A stretch of DNA of 64,000 bases, taken from Marsupella aquatica (Eukaryota > Plantae > Marchantiophyta). Shown here piece by piece: positions 63,927-64,000 of this stretch. Numbering within the stretch: position 1 is the first letter of the stretch; the number at the start of each line of letters is the position of its first letter. Made by a program: the position numbers and the translations under genes. Under the pieces are notes generated by a model. That model did not search any database, was not told where the DNA came from, and worked only from the letters and a program-made list of their open reading frames with translations. The DNA lies in contig OZ316895.1 of assembly GCA_973895155.1 (NCBI GenBank), positions 4,079,659 through 4,143,658 of the forward strand, read 5' to 3'.

Positions 63927-64000
63927 AATGTAAGAATTTTTTTAAATTTTTTAACCCCTATAAAGTTGGAATATTTTTGGAATATTCTAAAAATTGGATT

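Larger units (their letters stand above)
59394..64000. mobile_element. Unclassified large insertion (putative DNA transposon/Helitron-like or virus-like element) carrying orphan ORFs
   Basis: Copia coding sequence stops abruptly at TTAA|ACACGATTTTGG and does not resume. A perfect 23-nt hairpin sits at 59412-59434, and a palindrome motif private to this segment recurs throughout. No transposase is visible in the window. Confidence 0.7.

Overview
Gene-poor, repeat-rich eukaryotic nuclear DNA, most likely from a land plant. The plant-type PIN4 and Tnt1-like copia support this; a non-seed plant such as a bryophyte or lycophyte is only a guess from the TE mix. One intact host gene is supported: a 4-coding-exon parvulin/PIN4 prolyl isomerase on the minus strand (36442-37979, 147 aa). 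Most of the rest is transposon-derived. There is a near full-length CRE/R2-type (RLE endonuclease) non-LTR retrotransposon (~46.3-50.1 kb) and a 5'-truncated, 5'-inverted relative (16.46-17.26 kb). There are several older LINE relics and a 334-bp TRIM whose LTRs each carry a tRNA-like gene (Helenus-like, 23996-24329). The 3' half of a Ty1/copia element (56146-59393) is cut off by an unidentified insertion running to the window end. That insertion has a subterminal hairpin, phased palindromic boxes before a TATA, about 12 copies of a GATAAATTTATC palindrome with covarying arms, and several co-oriented orphan ORFs, at least one F-box-like. It is the best candidate here for an undescribed system. 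All calls are from manual reading; no database searches were run.
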